A stretch of DNA of 64,000 nt, taken from NCBI GenBank assembly GCA_965248975.1, contig CBDFKU010000013.1, forward strand, positions 8,723 through 72,722, written 5' to 3'. The notes under the pieces are model-generated. The model was not told where the DNA came from and did no database searches. It was given only the letters and a program-made list of their open reading frames with translations. Position 1 is the first letter of the stretch; each line of letters opens with the position of its first letter. The DNA is from Dehalococcoidia bacterium (GTDB taxonomy: Bacteria > Chloroflexota > Dehalococcoidia > Lucifugimonadales > JAGWBF01). The position numbers were made by a program, and so were the translations under genes. This document shows positions 18,277-28,152 of this stretch, piece by piece.

Positions 18277-19209
18277 CTAGTTTTCGTCGCAGGGGGCGAG
18301 TCCCGGCCTGGGTTCGACGGAAAGGGAATCGATGGTAGTCCCGTCTACGTTGATCGCTTCTATTCCCATGCTATCGCCCACCACCTCGACCAGCAGGAAG
18401 TGCAGCTCTGATCTGCTCACGACGGTAAAGTCGCTGGACCCGACGCCCCTTAGCTTGGCGCCACCGCCAGTGACTATATGCACGATGCCCTCCTGGGGAG
18501 TCGTGCGCTCGTAGTTGTGGTCGTGCCCTGCGAGCAGTACATCCGCGCCGCCCCGGACCAGGACAGGCTCGAGAACCTCCCTCAGGCCCCTGTCGGAGCC
18601 GTGTTTCCCTGAGGAGTAGATGGGATGGTGGAGATAGGCCACCTGCCATTGGCGGTCGGAGCAGGTCAGACCCTTCTCCAGCCAGGCGAGCTGGTCGCCA
18701 TCCATGTGGTTGGAGTCCAGCGCGAAAAAGTCCACGGGTCCGTCGGAGAAATGGTAGTAGCGGTGGGGCATGCCGAGGCCCGCGAGCGTTCTGGGAAGCT
18801 TGCCGTCCTCGACGTCGTGGTTACCCAGGGACGGCCGGAAGCTCACGCCGGCGTCGAAAAGGGGTTTGTAGGGTTTGTCGATCACCTCCGCGGCCCGCTG
18901 GGCCACGGTGCCGCCGTAGACGTTGTCGCCCACCGTCAGCAGGTGCTCGTAGGGTTGCTCTTGGTAGGCATGGGCCATCCGGGCGGCCACCCGAAACTGG
19001 TCCCTGCGACCCGTTCCGAAGTCCCCTATGACGGCGAAGGTCACGGTATTGGGACCATCGGGCCAGGCCGAGGGGGTAAGAACGGCCAGGGGCAGGGAGA
19101 ATGAGGCTTCTTCTCCCTGCCCCGAAAATCGGAACCCTAACCATCCGGCAAGGGCCAGGACGATGACGGCGGCTGACGCTATCCCCAGGGCTTTCTTGTT
19201 GAGGCTCAT
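18277..19209 (-). CDS. membrane-anchored or secreted calcineurin-like metallophosphoesterase
   Basis: Motifs GDFG, GDNVY, GNHD, GHDHNYER. N-terminal hydrophobic helix. Confidence 0.85.
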   Translation of the reverse strand: MSLNKKALGIASAAVIVLALAGWLGFRFSGQGEEASFSLPLAVLTPSAWPDGPNTVTFAVIGDFGTGRRDQFRVAARMAHAYQEQPYEHLLTVGDNVYGGTVAQRAAEVIDKPYKPLFDAGVSFRPSLGNHDVEDGKLPRTLAGLGMPHRYYHFSDGPVDFFALDSNHMDGDQLAWLEKGLTCSDRQWQVAYLHHPIYSSGKHGSDRGLREVLEPVLVRGGADVLLAGHDHNYERTTPQEGIVHIVTGGGAKLRGVGSSDFTVVSRSELHFLLVEVVGDSMGIEAINVDGTTIDSLSVEPRPGLAPCDEN

Positions 19210-19246
19210 CTACCTGGATGCAGCCGCTACTGGTAAAGTCCCGGTC

Positions 19247-19627
19247 CTAGTCGTCGTTGTCGTTATCATCGTTGTCGTTCTCGTCGTCGGCTTCCTGGCC
19301 GAGGACGGCGCCGTTCTCGGCGTCAACCGGCACATCAAAGAAACCGATGTCCACGTTGAAGACCAATCGTCCCTGATACTGCTCGAGGTCGATCTCGCCG
19401 ACGGCTCCCTCCACAGCTCCCTGGGCGGCGGCTATCGCCTCTTCCAGGGTGATGGTCGCCTGGTCCAGGAACTCGGCGCCATCATCGATCTGACCGGCGC
19501 CGTCATGACCGGAGGCGCCGTTTGACGCTCCAGCGCCCGATGACAGTAGTGCTCCTGTTGTGGCAAGTGCCGCAATCAGCACCAGGCCCATGATCCAGTA
19601 GATGGGTTTTCGGATTGTTATGGTCAT
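19247..19627 (-). CDS. exported PepSY-like domain protein with a poly-acidic D/N C-terminal tail
   Basis: ATG at 19627 after AGGAGGAGG. Signal/TM segment IYWIMGLVLIAALA. PepSY-like ITLEEAIAAAQGAVEGAVGEIDLE...VFNVDI. Tail DDENDNDDNDNDD. Confidence 0.55.
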   Translation of the reverse strand: MTITIRKPIYWIMGLVLIAALATTGALLSSGAGASNGASGHDGAGQIDDGAEFLDQATITLEEAIAAAQGAVEGAVGEIDLEQYQGRLVFNVDIGFFDVPVDAENGAVLGQEADDENDNDDNDNDD

Positions 19628-19777
19628 GTTTCCTCCTCCTAAGTTATTTCTTGATACGTTTAGCTTACGATGCCGACATGAAGCCGGGGTTAAGTCACCA
19701 TTAAGATTAGACAACCGTTGGGTAGAAAGTCGAACCGCCTCTAGACGCTGTCCAAGGCCGTTCGAGTCTTCCGGAAC

Positions 19778-20329
19778 CTACCCCGTCCTCAAGCGTCTGT
19801 GACGCCAGATCAGGGCCAACCCGATCAGGGCGGGCATGGCGATGGATAACGGCAAAACTCCCTGGGGATTGAAGCTTCGTCGTTCGTCGACGTGTACGGG
19901 AACTCCGTTGGACACAGCTAGTGTCCCCGGCTCGACCCCGGCGTCGGCGTCCACGGCTACCACGTAGAGGAGGTAGTCGCCCCCCTGGATGGGTGTGATG
20001 GTCCAGGATTCTGTTGTCTGCTCCCCGGGCCCCAGCGATCCCTGTAAACGGGTCAGGGTCGGGGTCCAGTCCTCCGGGTCCACCGAGTTGGCCGTCCGTG
20101 GGTCCGTGACGTCCAGGTGGGTCGCCAACTCCTGGATTGGCTCCGATGTCCCGTTGACCAGCGTGACCGTCACATCCACCGGCTCACCCACCGACGTCGA
20201 CACCCGGTCTGGTGTCACTATTACCTGGACCTGGTCGGCCACGACTTCCGGCGAAGCCGACGCGGTTGTCACCCCTACAAGCCCGAGGAGACGAACGATA
20301 ACGGAGATGGTGGCGATGTAGCGTTTCAT
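19778..20329 (-). CDS. exported protein with a CARDB/NEW3-like beta-sandwich and a C-terminal membrane anchor
   Basis: Signal peptide MKRYIATISVIVRLLGLVGVTTASA and C-terminal TM LPLSIAMPALIGLALIW. Its ATG overlaps the permease stop (ATGA), indicating an operon. Confidence 0.5.
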   Translation of the reverse strand: MKRYIATISVIVRLLGLVGVTTASASPEVVADQVQVIVTPDRVSTSVGEPVDVTVTLVNGTSEPIQELATHLDVTDPRTANSVDPEDWTPTLTRLQGSLGPGEQTTESWTITPIQGGDYLLYVVAVDADAGVEPGTLAVSNGVPVHVDERRSFNPQGVLPLSIAMPALIGLALIWRHRRLRTG

Positions 20330-21147
20330 CGGTTGCCTCCCAGTCCGACCTTGCGAGAGCTGGCCACGGCGATGGCCGTAAGGACCACTGACGCTACCGC
20401 CGGCGAAATTAGCAGCTTCCACTGGTTGGCCCAGCTTGCCTGATCGACGATCACCTTACCGGCGAGCTTGAGGCCGGCTGAAACCGGATTCGCCAGGATG
20501 AGGAAATCCCCCACGGCGCCCCGGGTGGCGGAGCCGGGCAGCTGGCTGGGGGCGGCCAGGGCCAGCAGTATCACGATGGCGATGATGAGGCTCGACCGGT
20601 TGGACCGCGTTACGGAGCTTACGGCCATTCCAAAGGACGTGAGCGCCATCGCCATTAGCGTGCCCGCGCCTAACAGGACCAGGAGGGCGTCTCCAGCAAT
20701 TCCCGGCCCGCGAGAGATAACCACGACGTAGGGCACGGCCACTGCGAAGGCGGCCAGCCACACCGACGTGGCGGCGAGGAGCTTTCCCACCACCAGGTCG
20801 CGGCGTCGGACCGAAGTGAGCAGCAGATTCTCGATAGTCCCGCGCTCCCGCTCACCGCTGATGGCATCGGCGCTGATGATCAACGCCGCCAGGGTCCCCA
20901 GCGCCAGAGAGACCCTGACGAACAGGCCCACGGATTCTCGGGCGTCCAGCAGGTTCAGCTCGGCGTTCCCGGCTACCATGAACGCCAGCACACTCAACAC
21001 AGCGCTGTAGCCCAGGATCATCATGAGTCCCCGGGTTCCGAGCCACAGATCTCGTAGCTCTTGTGCCGCAACCACGGCCCAGCCGTGGCGGGGACCCGAC
21101 CCGATAAAGGATCGTACGGTTTGGATATCGCTGGTAGCTTCCATCAC
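20326..21147 (-). CDS. ABC-2 type transporter permease (NosY-like)
   Basis: Six hydrophobic segments and an ISGERERGTIENLLLT motif typical of ABC-2 permeases. 4-nt overlap with the upstream ATPase remnant. Confidence 0.75.
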   Translation of the reverse strand: MMEATSDIQTVRSFIGSGPRHGWAVVAAQELRDLWLGTRGLMMILGYSAVLSVLAFMVAGNAELNLLDARESVGLFVRVSLALGTLAALIISADAISGERERGTIENLLLTSVRRRDLVVGKLLAATSVWLAAFAVAVPYVVVISRGPGIAGDALLVLLGAGTLMAMALTSFGMAVSSVTRSNRSSLIIAIVILLALAAPSQLPGSATRGAVGDFLILANPVSAGLKLAGKVIVDQASWANQWKLLISPAVASVVLTAIAVASSRKVGLGGNR

Positions 21148-21479
21148 TCGTCCGTTCCAGCCGTCAGCCGAAGGAAGGCGTCGTTCAGGGTCGCTCCCTC
21201 AACCTCCAGCGACAGTATGGGGATGCCTGCTGAGATCAGCGCCGCGGCCACCGGGTTTACGCCGGCGGCCTTTTCCTGGGGCACCTCCACGCGTATCTCT
21301 CCCGGCCGGGAATCCACTTTCTGAACCGTGGCGATCTCGGGCACCTGGGACAGCCGAGAGACAGTCCTTTCAACGTCCGCCGGAAACACCCGCACCTGGA
21401 CCGACCGGGCTAATCCGGCTTGTAATGCAACCTCGTGTACGCTGCCTTCGGACACCACTCGGCCTTTGCTCATGATCAC
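21144..21479 (-). pseudogene. C-terminal remnant (about 111 codons) of an ABC-2 transporter ATP-binding protein; Walker A, signature and Walker B region absent
   Basis: Frame reads ..[17 protein letters not shown].. (end of an NBD) followed by a DUF4162-like C-terminal domain. An in-frame stop lies at 21513-21515. The upstream space is occupied by the ABC-F gene. Confidence 0.6.
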
Positions 21480-23479
21480 GACCCGGTCGTCTCGAGCTCC
21501 CCGAGCCTGCTGTTAATACCCTCTGCCTCCAACGACAACCTCTCCCACTCCTCCCAGAGCGATTGCGCTTCCTCTTTGAGCACTCGGTACTGCTCTGCCG
21601 ATGTGGCTAGCTGAGCCGCGTCTTCAAACCGGTCCGGGTGGGAGAATAGCGTTTCCAACTGCGCAATGCGGGCCTCCTGGGATACCAGGCTAGCATTGAT
21701 TTCATCTATACGCTTGGCCAAACTTCGGGCCTCTCTGCTGAGGGCCCGGCGCAGCTCCTCTTCGGAACTCCGCGGCCGTCCGGGGCGTCCCCTGGTGGGT
21801 TTGTTGTCGGCAGAGCCTGGCTTCGAGCCGTCATTGCCCACCCCGTTGGCGATAGTACGGGTGCTGCCTCGCGAGGTTTCTACCTGCTTCCGATACAGGT
21901 AGCTGTCGTAGTCGCCGGGAAAGAGCATGGGCCGGCCGCCATCGACCTCAACAATTTTGTTGGCGATCTGCCGTATTAGGGTGCGGTCGTGGGTTATGAA
22001 GCAGATAGTGCCGCGATAGTCGCTGAGGGCGTCGGCGAGAATCTCTCTGGAAGCAATGTCCAGATGGTTGGTTGGCTCGTCCATCAGCAACAGGTTACTT
22101 CGTTGGATCAGCAGCTTGGCCAGGGCGACGCGCGCCTTTTCTCCGCCCGACAGCACGGATATGGGCTTGCGGACATCGTTTCCGCTGAATAGAAACCCAC
22201 CGAGGATGTTCCGGAGGTTCTGGTCCGATTCCTCGGGCGCAGCTTGCTGGAGCTCCTCGATGAGGGTGTTGCCAGGGTTGAGGAGCTCCAGCACATGCTG
22301 AGCATAGTAGGCTGTGATCACGTTGTGGCCGGTCTTCCGCTCGCCCTCCTCGAAAGGAAGGACACCTGCAAGAATCTTCAGCATCGTGGTCTTGCCGGCA
22401 CCGTTAGGGCCAACCAGGGCGGCCCGGTCACCGCGCATCAGCGCCAGGTTCAAACCCCGGTAAACTTCGTGATCGCCATAGGACTTGCTCACGTTGGTAA
22501 GACAGATTGCTTCTGCACCGCTTCGTGGCGGCTCTGGGAAAGAATAATGGACCCTCTTGGTCGCCCTGGGCAGCTGAATTTGCTTTACCTTCTCGAGCTG
22601 TTTCAATCGACTCTGGACCTGAGAGGCTTTTCGGGCCTTGGAGCGAAAGCGCTCGACAAAGCGCATTTGCTTCTGGATCTCGCGTTCCTGCCTGGCCGCC
22701 GCGGCCTGTTTGACCTGAAGGGAGCGCTCGCTGGCGATAAGGTAATTGTCGTAGTTCCCCCTGAGGAGCACGGCCTCGTCCGGTGTGATAGCCAGCACCA
22801 TGGTTGCTACCTGGTTCAGGAAAGCCCGGTCGTGAGAGGTGACGACTACCGCTCCACGGAAGGATGACAGGTACCTCTCAAACCACAGGTTGGCATTAAG
22901 GTCCAGGTGATTGGTTGGCTCGTCCAGGAGCAACACATCCGGTTTCATGAAAAGCAGCTTGCCTAGCACCGCGCGCATAACCCAACCGCCGCTGAACTCG
23001 CCGAGGGGTCTGAGGAAGTCATCTTGCTTAAAGCCTAGCCCGGAGAGGATCACCTTGGCCTCGTGCTCCCTGGGGATCACATCAGCCGCCTCCAACGCCG
23101 ATTCAAGCTGGCTGAGTTGTCGTAGGAGCTCACCTTGGTTGTCTGAGCAAGTCTGTAATGAAAGAGACTGGTGAATGGCGGCAATCCGGTCTCTAAGAGC
23201 TGTCACTTCAGAAGATCCCTCAAGTACCTCTTCTATCAAGGTCTTGCCGGAGAACCAGGGGTTCTCCTGTTTGAGGTAGCCTATGGTGACGTTCCGCTGC
23301 CTGGAAACGTTCCCGGTATCCGGCGATATGTCGCCGGCCAGGATGTCCATGAGAGTGGTCTTGCCCGAACCGTTGGCGCCAATCAGCGCGATGCGCTCTC
23401 CGGCTGCCACGTTGAGGGTTAGACCACTGAACAGAATCCGGTCCCCGTAGGCCATGCTAACGTTGGCGGCACTTAGCAT
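21476..23479 (-). CDS. ABC-F family ATPase (Uup-like, two NBDs plus C-terminal coiled coil)
   Basis: Two Walker A sites ([18 protein letters not shown]), two LSGG signature motifs, no TM segments, coiled-coil tail. Confidence 0.9.
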   Translation of the reverse strand: MLSAANVSMAYGDRILFSGLTLNVAAGERIALIGANGSGKTTLMDILAGDISPDTGNVSRQRNVTIGYLKQENPWFSGKTLIEEVLEGSSEVTALRDRIAAIHQSLSLQTCSDNQGELLRQLSQLESALEAADVIPREHEAKVILSGLGFKQDDFLRPLGEFSGGWVMRAVLGKLLFMKPDVLLLDEPTNHLDLNANLWFERYLSSFRGAVVVTSHDRAFLNQVATMVLAITPDEAVLLRGNYDNYLIASERSLQVKQAAAARQEREIQKQMRFVERFRSKARKASQVQSRLKQLEKVKQIQLPRATKRVHYSFPEPPRSGAEAICLTNVSKSYGDHEVYRGLNLALMRGDRAALVGPNGAGKTTMLKILAGVLPFEEGERKTGHNVITAYYAQHVLELLNPGNTLIEELQQAAPEESDQNLRNILGGFLFSGNDVRKPISVLSGGEKARVALAKLLIQRSNLLLMDEPTNHLDIASREILADALSDYRGTICFITHDRTLIRQIANKIVEVDGGRPMLFPGDYDSYLYRKQVETSRGSTRTIANGVGNDGSKPGSADNKPTRGRPGRPRSSEEELRRALSREARSLAKRIDEINASLVSQEARIAQLETLFSHPDRFEDAAQLATSAEQYRVLKEEAQSLWEEWERLSLEAEGINSRLGELETTGS

Positions 23480-23699
23480 TTTGAACTGTGCGATTCAAGT
23501 GGGCAGATTGGGAGCCCCTCCATTACGCTAGATCGGCGAGGCCCTGAGTGCGCCCGACTGGGGGCCCGTGGGACCAGTCGCTTTTCTGTATGCGGGCATC
23601 TTGTTAATTGTACGCCCCTAGCAAACCCAGTGTTCCTGGAATAAGACACAGGCTGGGTCAGTTGTCTGTCCTGAGTCGATCATACGGTCCATCGTTCAC

Positions 23700-25877
23700 T
23701 TACGCCTTCATTGTTAGGGAAATCCTCTTGCGCTCCAGGTCTACCTCCAGCACGCTGACCCACACCTGCTGCTGCACTTTGACAACATCCAGGGGATTTC
23801 TGACGAAGCGGTTGGCCAGCTGGCTGATGTGAACCAGCCCGTCCTGGTGCACTCCCACATCTACAAAGGCGCCGAAATCGGTCACGTTGGTTACCACCCC
23901 CGGCAGTCTCATCCCCACCGCCAGGTCCTCGATTCTGTTTATGCCATCGGCGAAGTAGAAGGGCTCGAACTCCTGACGTGGGTCACGTCCGGGCCGGGCC
24001 AGCTCTTCGACTATGTCATTCAATGTGGGTAGTCCCACTTTGTCGCCAACGTAGCGCTGGGGATCGATCTGACCGGATATACTGGCGTCGCCCACCAATC
24101 GGTCCAGCGGATGTCCCAGGTCTTTGGCGATGGCCTCCACCACCCCGTAGGATTCGGGATGCACGGCGCTGGCGTCCAGTGGATGGTTGCCCCCTCTGAT
24201 TCGCAGAAACCCTGCTGCTTGCTCGAAGGCCTTGGCACCCAGGCGCGGGACTCTTTTCAGGGATTCCCGGGAGGCGAAGGGACCGTAACTGTTCCGATAC
24301 TCCACTACTGCTTTGGCCAAACGAGGACCCAGGCCCGAAACGTAAGAGAGCAGCTCTCCGCTGGCGGTGTTCAACTCCACCCCAACACTGTTGACGCAAC
24401 TGCCTACGACATCGTCCAGACGTCCCTTCAGGGCTTTCTGATCGACGTCGTGCTGGTACTGGCCCACCCCGATGGCTTTGGGGTCTATCTTGACCAGCTC
24501 TGCCAGGGGGTCCATGAGACGGCGACCGATGGAAACAGCCCCCCGGACCGTAATGTCCTCATCCGGAAACTCGGTCCGCGCCACCGCTGAGGCTGAGTAG
24601 ACCGACGCCCCGCTTTCGTTGACCATCACCACGGAAATTCGGGGGCCCAACTCCAGGCCCCTGAGAAAGGCTTCGGTCTCACGGCCACCGGTGCCATTCC
24701 CCACGGCGATAGCTTCAACCTGGTACTGCACGCACAGTTGGGCTACCTTCTTGGCCGCCTCCTGCTCTCTCTGTCCACTCAGGATGGGATAGACGGTATC
24801 GTGGTGCAGCAACCGGCCCTGCCGGTCCAGGCATACCAATTTGCAGCCTGTGCGGAATCCGGGATCCAGGGCCAGGACGGTCTTCTGACCCAGGGCCGGG
24901 GCCAGAAGCAGCCCTCGCATGTTGTCGGCGAATACTTCGATGGCGGCGTATTCGGCCCGAACTCTAGTCTCTTTGCGGATCTCCCTTTCCATGGAGGCTT
25001 CCAACAACCGGTTGTATCCGTCCTGAACCGCCAGCCGGACCTGTTGGGAGGCCCCTCCTTCAGCGGAAGGACCGGTGACGAAGATCCCCTCCAGGATCGA
25101 AATGGCCTGCACGGCGGGCGGGGTAATACTGATCGACAATAGACCCTCTCTCTCACCCCGTAGCATCGCCAGCACCCTGTGGGAGGGCACACCAGCCACC
25201 GGTTCCTCCCACTGGAAGTAGTCCCGGTACTTGGATGCTTCGGAGTGCTTGCCTTCAACCACTTTGGAAGAGAAGGTACCTTGTGACCGGAACAGCTTCC
25301 GCATTTCTCCCCGAGCGGTGCTGTCTTCGCTGACCCACTCGGCGATGATGTCTCTGACTCCACTCAGGGCATCTTCGACCGTCTCTACCCCTAGGTCCGG
25401 ATTGATGTACTCGATAGCGGCGAGATTGACGTCGTTAACCTCCTGGTCCCAGAGGTGCAGTGCCAGGGGTTCCAGTCCCTTTTCCCGGGCGATGGTGGCC
25501 CTAGTGCGCCTCCTGGGTCGGTAGGGCAGATAGATGTCCTCCAGGGCCGCCATGGTTTCGGCGGAGAGGACATCTTTCCTTAGTTCATCGGTCAGGAGCC
25601 CCCGCTCTTCCAAGGAGCCCAGGATGGCCTCCCGCCGGTCCCGGAGGTCACGAAGCTGGGACAATCGGTCCCGAATGCTGGTGATAGCCACCTCATCCAG
25701 GCTGCCGGTCGCCTCCTTGCGGTACCGGGCAATAAAGGGCACTGTGGCTCCATCGTTCAGTAAGCCTACGGTGGCCTGTACCCGGCCCTGAGCCAAATGG
25801 AGCTCTTGGGCGATCTGGGGAATCGCTAAGTCAATAATGGTCACCCCGTTTCCGTTTTGGCGATCCGCGGTCAGCAC
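23700..25877 (-). CDS. tex: Tex-like RNA-binding transcription accessory protein
   Basis: GATVPFIARYRKE motif, YqgF/RNase-H-like and HhH regions, C-terminal S1 domain (GVVTNVTDFGAFVDVG..DGLVHISQL). Confidence 0.9.
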   Translation of the reverse strand: MLTADRQNGNGVTIIDLAIPQIAQELHLAQGRVQATVGLLNDGATVPFIARYRKEATGSLDEVAITSIRDRLSQLRDLRDRREAILGSLEERGLLTDELRKDVLSAETMAALEDIYLPYRPRRRTRATIAREKGLEPLALHLWDQEVNDVNLAAIEYINPDLGVETVEDALSGVRDIIAEWVSEDSTARGEMRKLFRSQGTFSSKVVEGKHSEASKYRDYFQWEEPVAGVPSHRVLAMLRGEREGLLSISITPPAVQAISILEGIFVTGPSAEGGASQQVRLAVQDGYNRLLEASMEREIRKETRVRAEYAAIEVFADNMRGLLLAPALGQKTVLALDPGFRTGCKLVCLDRQGRLLHHDTVYPILSGQREQEAAKKVAQLCVQYQVEAIAVGNGTGGRETEAFLRGLELGPRISVVMVNESGASVYSASAVARTEFPDEDITVRGAVSIGRRLMDPLAELVKIDPKAIGVGQYQHDVDQKALKGRLDDVVGSCVNSVGVELNTASGELLSYVSGLGPRLAKAVVEYRNSYGPFASRESLKRVPRLGAKAFEQAAGFLRIRGGNHPLDASAVHPESYGVVEAIAKDLGHPLDRLVGDASISGQIDPQRYVGDKVGLPTLNDIVEELARPGRDPRQEFEPFYFADGINRIEDLAVGMRLPGVVTNVTDFGAFVDVGVHQDGLVHISQLANRFVRNPLDVVKVQQQVWVSVLEVDLERKRISLTMKA

Positions 25878-25985
25878 AGTCTCTCTCTGTCAGATAATTA
25901 CGGATCCCGGCCTGCCACCGAACGTACCCGGTTCCACCAAGCTGGTTGTACGACATCTTGGAAGCTAGCCCGAGATGGTTCCTTG

Positions 25986-27803
25986 TCAATGGTGCTCCCG
26001 TAGGTAACTGACGATCTCCATCATCACCTTGCAATCAACCTCATTGTAACGCCGGACCTCTCGCATCAACTCGGTTTCGATAAGCTTGACGCCCTTCTCT
26101 TTCGCCTCTTCGTCGCACCACCATGCGCCTGTCATCGCGCCAAGGCCGTCGACCTTTGTGTCGCCCCACGAAGTCTGAATCAGGCCATGGGAGTGCAGGG
26201 CCCGAGCAAAGGACTTGAGGCCGAAGTTCAGCGCACCACGCACCACAACCGGTTCCCTGCGGACGACCCCGGCCCAGAGATCGAACCAGTTCCCGGTCGG
26301 CCAGCCTTTCTCCGGGTGCCGCTCCCTTGCCGAGTTGTAAGCGTCCTCGTAGTTGACCGGTTCCGCGTAAGACCAATGAACGATCCGCGGGGTCTCCTCT
26401 ACTCCGAGACGCCGCCCGATGTCTGACATATGGCCCAGCCATCCATCAATGATCCTGGCTTCGTTGTCCTCGGTCAGCCGATCCACGGTAAAGCACCGAA
26501 AGGCCCACCCGCCATCCTGCACATGGCCGCAGCCGATCATAAAGATCAGGTTCCGACCATTCTGGTCCGGGACCTTCGAGAAGTCGTCGTTGACGCTGTT
26601 GACGGTCTCAAAGTCCGCGTAAAACTCTAGCCTTGGCACTGGCCTCCATTCGTCCTCCGCCGCATGCACGTGTGCGGGTCTGACCGGAGGCCCATCTTGC
26701 CCCTGGTTAATGGCAAGGATCGCCTGGAGGGTCGGGCCAGTCGTCTGCCCCGTAACATCGAGGGACGAAGCTGTCGCCCCGAGGTCCTTCCAGGAGGTTA
26801 TGCCCTTCGTATGGGCCTTGTCTCGTTTGTCCGGCCCGACGTACCAAAGCAGGGTGAGCTCGTTGAGCTCCCGGGCGATGCGGCTCGTTGCGTCGTGCCA
26901 GGGCCATGCACTCTCACCAACATTCGGCCAGAGCTCGGGAACGCTGGGGGAGGGCAGCGGCGACCAGTCGGCTCCATCCATACGCATCCGGCGGAGCCAG
27001 GTGCAGGCGCCCTTGACCTGCACCTTGATATCGTCACCCATAGCTACCGGGCCCAGCTGTTCCATCGCGTTGAAGCCACGGCCCTTGATTCCCTTGGCGG
27101 CCTGCCCCCATCCCCGGCCCAGGAGAAAGGCCGTCCCTGGTGTGTAGCCCTGGAGCCGGCCAAGTGCCCGGTTGTAGATGTAGAGCTGGGCTTTGTATGC
27201 CGGGCTTGATCCGCCATTTCCGAGGTAGCCCGAGACCAGGAGCTCGAGGGTCGTGAACTTGGCGTCGACTACTACGTAATGCCAGGGATTGTCGCCAAGG
27301 TCTGGGGCAGCAACCGCAGCCTTTTCCGAAGTAATGTGTCCTGGGAACAGCTCGGCGAAGATGTCGGATCTGATCAGAAAGTCCGCAGCCCCGTAGGTTC
27401 TGGTCTCGGCATCTCTGAGCACCGCCTGGTGCACCATAGGCGTTCCTTCACAAAGGGCCTGGAACGTCTTCTCGGCCGCAGCCAGGTCACGGACATCTTC
27501 GGGTCCTTGGGCTATAGAGATCAACGGCGCCAGCGTACCGAGATGCGTCGCGGTGGCCGCCTCGAATTCCTGCCCCTTCTGCATGATAAACGGGACGAAC
27601 TCTAAGCGCTCATCGTACCCTGCGAGGTCCGTATCGCGCGTGAAGCCCTTCTCTTCGCCATACCGGTCGAGCCAGTCAACGAGGGGGTTACGAAGGACGT
27701 AGGCACGGGTCCGGGTTGCCGAGACCCAATGCTCCCAGCCGTTCTCGTCTTTCGGAATAACCGGCATTCCGCTGCGCCCGACAGTTATAGCCTTAAGCGC
27801 CAA
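25986..27803 (-). CDS. RecB-family nuclease: N-terminal PD-(D/E)xK domain plus C-terminal RNase-H-like exonuclease fold (TM0106-type)
   Basis: GAADFLIRSD ... YVVVDAKF ... YKAQLYIY (D / D-x-K / Q-x-x-x-Y pattern). C-terminal FYADFETVN, HWSYAE, YNEVDC motifs. TTG start at 27803 is uncertain (ATG at 27767 is an alternative). Confidence 0.65.
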   Translation of the reverse strand: MALKAITVGRSGMPVIPKDENGWEHWVSATRTRAYVLRNPLVDWLDRYGEEKGFTRDTDLAGYDERLEFVPFIMQKGQEFEAATATHLGTLAPLISIAQGPEDVRDLAAAEKTFQALCEGTPMVHQAVLRDAETRTYGAADFLIRSDIFAELFPGHITSEKAAVAAPDLGDNPWHYVVVDAKFTTLELLVSGYLGNGGSSPAYKAQLYIYNRALGRLQGYTPGTAFLLGRGWGQAAKGIKGRGFNAMEQLGPVAMGDDIKVQVKGACTWLRRMRMDGADWSPLPSPSVPELWPNVGESAWPWHDATSRIARELNELTLLWYVGPDKRDKAHTKGITSWKDLGATASSLDVTGQTTGPTLQAILAINQGQDGPPVRPAHVHAAEDEWRPVPRLEFYADFETVNSVNDDFSKVPDQNGRNLIFMIGCGHVQDGGWAFRCFTVDRLTEDNEARIIDGWLGHMSDIGRRLGVEETPRIVHWSYAEPVNYEDAYNSARERHPEKGWPTGNWFDLWAGVVRREPVVVRGALNFGLKSFARALHSHGLIQTSWGDTKVDGLGAMTGAWWCDEEAKEKGVKLIETELMREVRRYNEVDCKVMMEIVSYLREHH

Positions 27804-28152
27804 AGCTTCGCCCTTCAGTCGTTTTCGAAGGTATTACATAGTCGCCAGAGGGCTCGACCAATCGAACCTGTCACCGGTGTCCTAGACCCCATGGGGGGAG
27901 TACACCTTGTTCCCGACCCTATGGAGAACACGCCGTGGGTAAACGCTCCCATATAAGTTAACATACACCGATGTAGCCGCCTAGCCACATCTAGAGACAT
28001 CCCCTGGAGTTGGCGGAACCGGGTGATTTAACAACATCGGTCCTGTCCGTCTCCGTATCCGGCGAGACCCAGCCCATGCAGGGCTGTCGTGTGGACCGGC
28101 AGCTCAAGATGCTTGACGGCACAAGTCCGTGGGCGTACGGTAAGCCTCAGCA

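Noticed and set aside
19247-19300. GAC/AAC/GAT-rich stretch as a DNA-level repeat element
   Set aside because: It lies in frame at the 3' end of the PepSY-like gene and encodes an acidic DDENDNDDNDNDD tail. It is better explained as low-complexity coding sequence.
25878-28152. Second att-type copy of the tRNA-Ser 3' end marking the far island boundary
   Set aside because: Visual search of the candidate intergenic regions found no convincing match. The regions were 25878-25985, 27804-28152 and 30274-30353. The only hit was an 8-nt GAGGGTGG coincidence near 30291. This needs a computational search and is not asserted.
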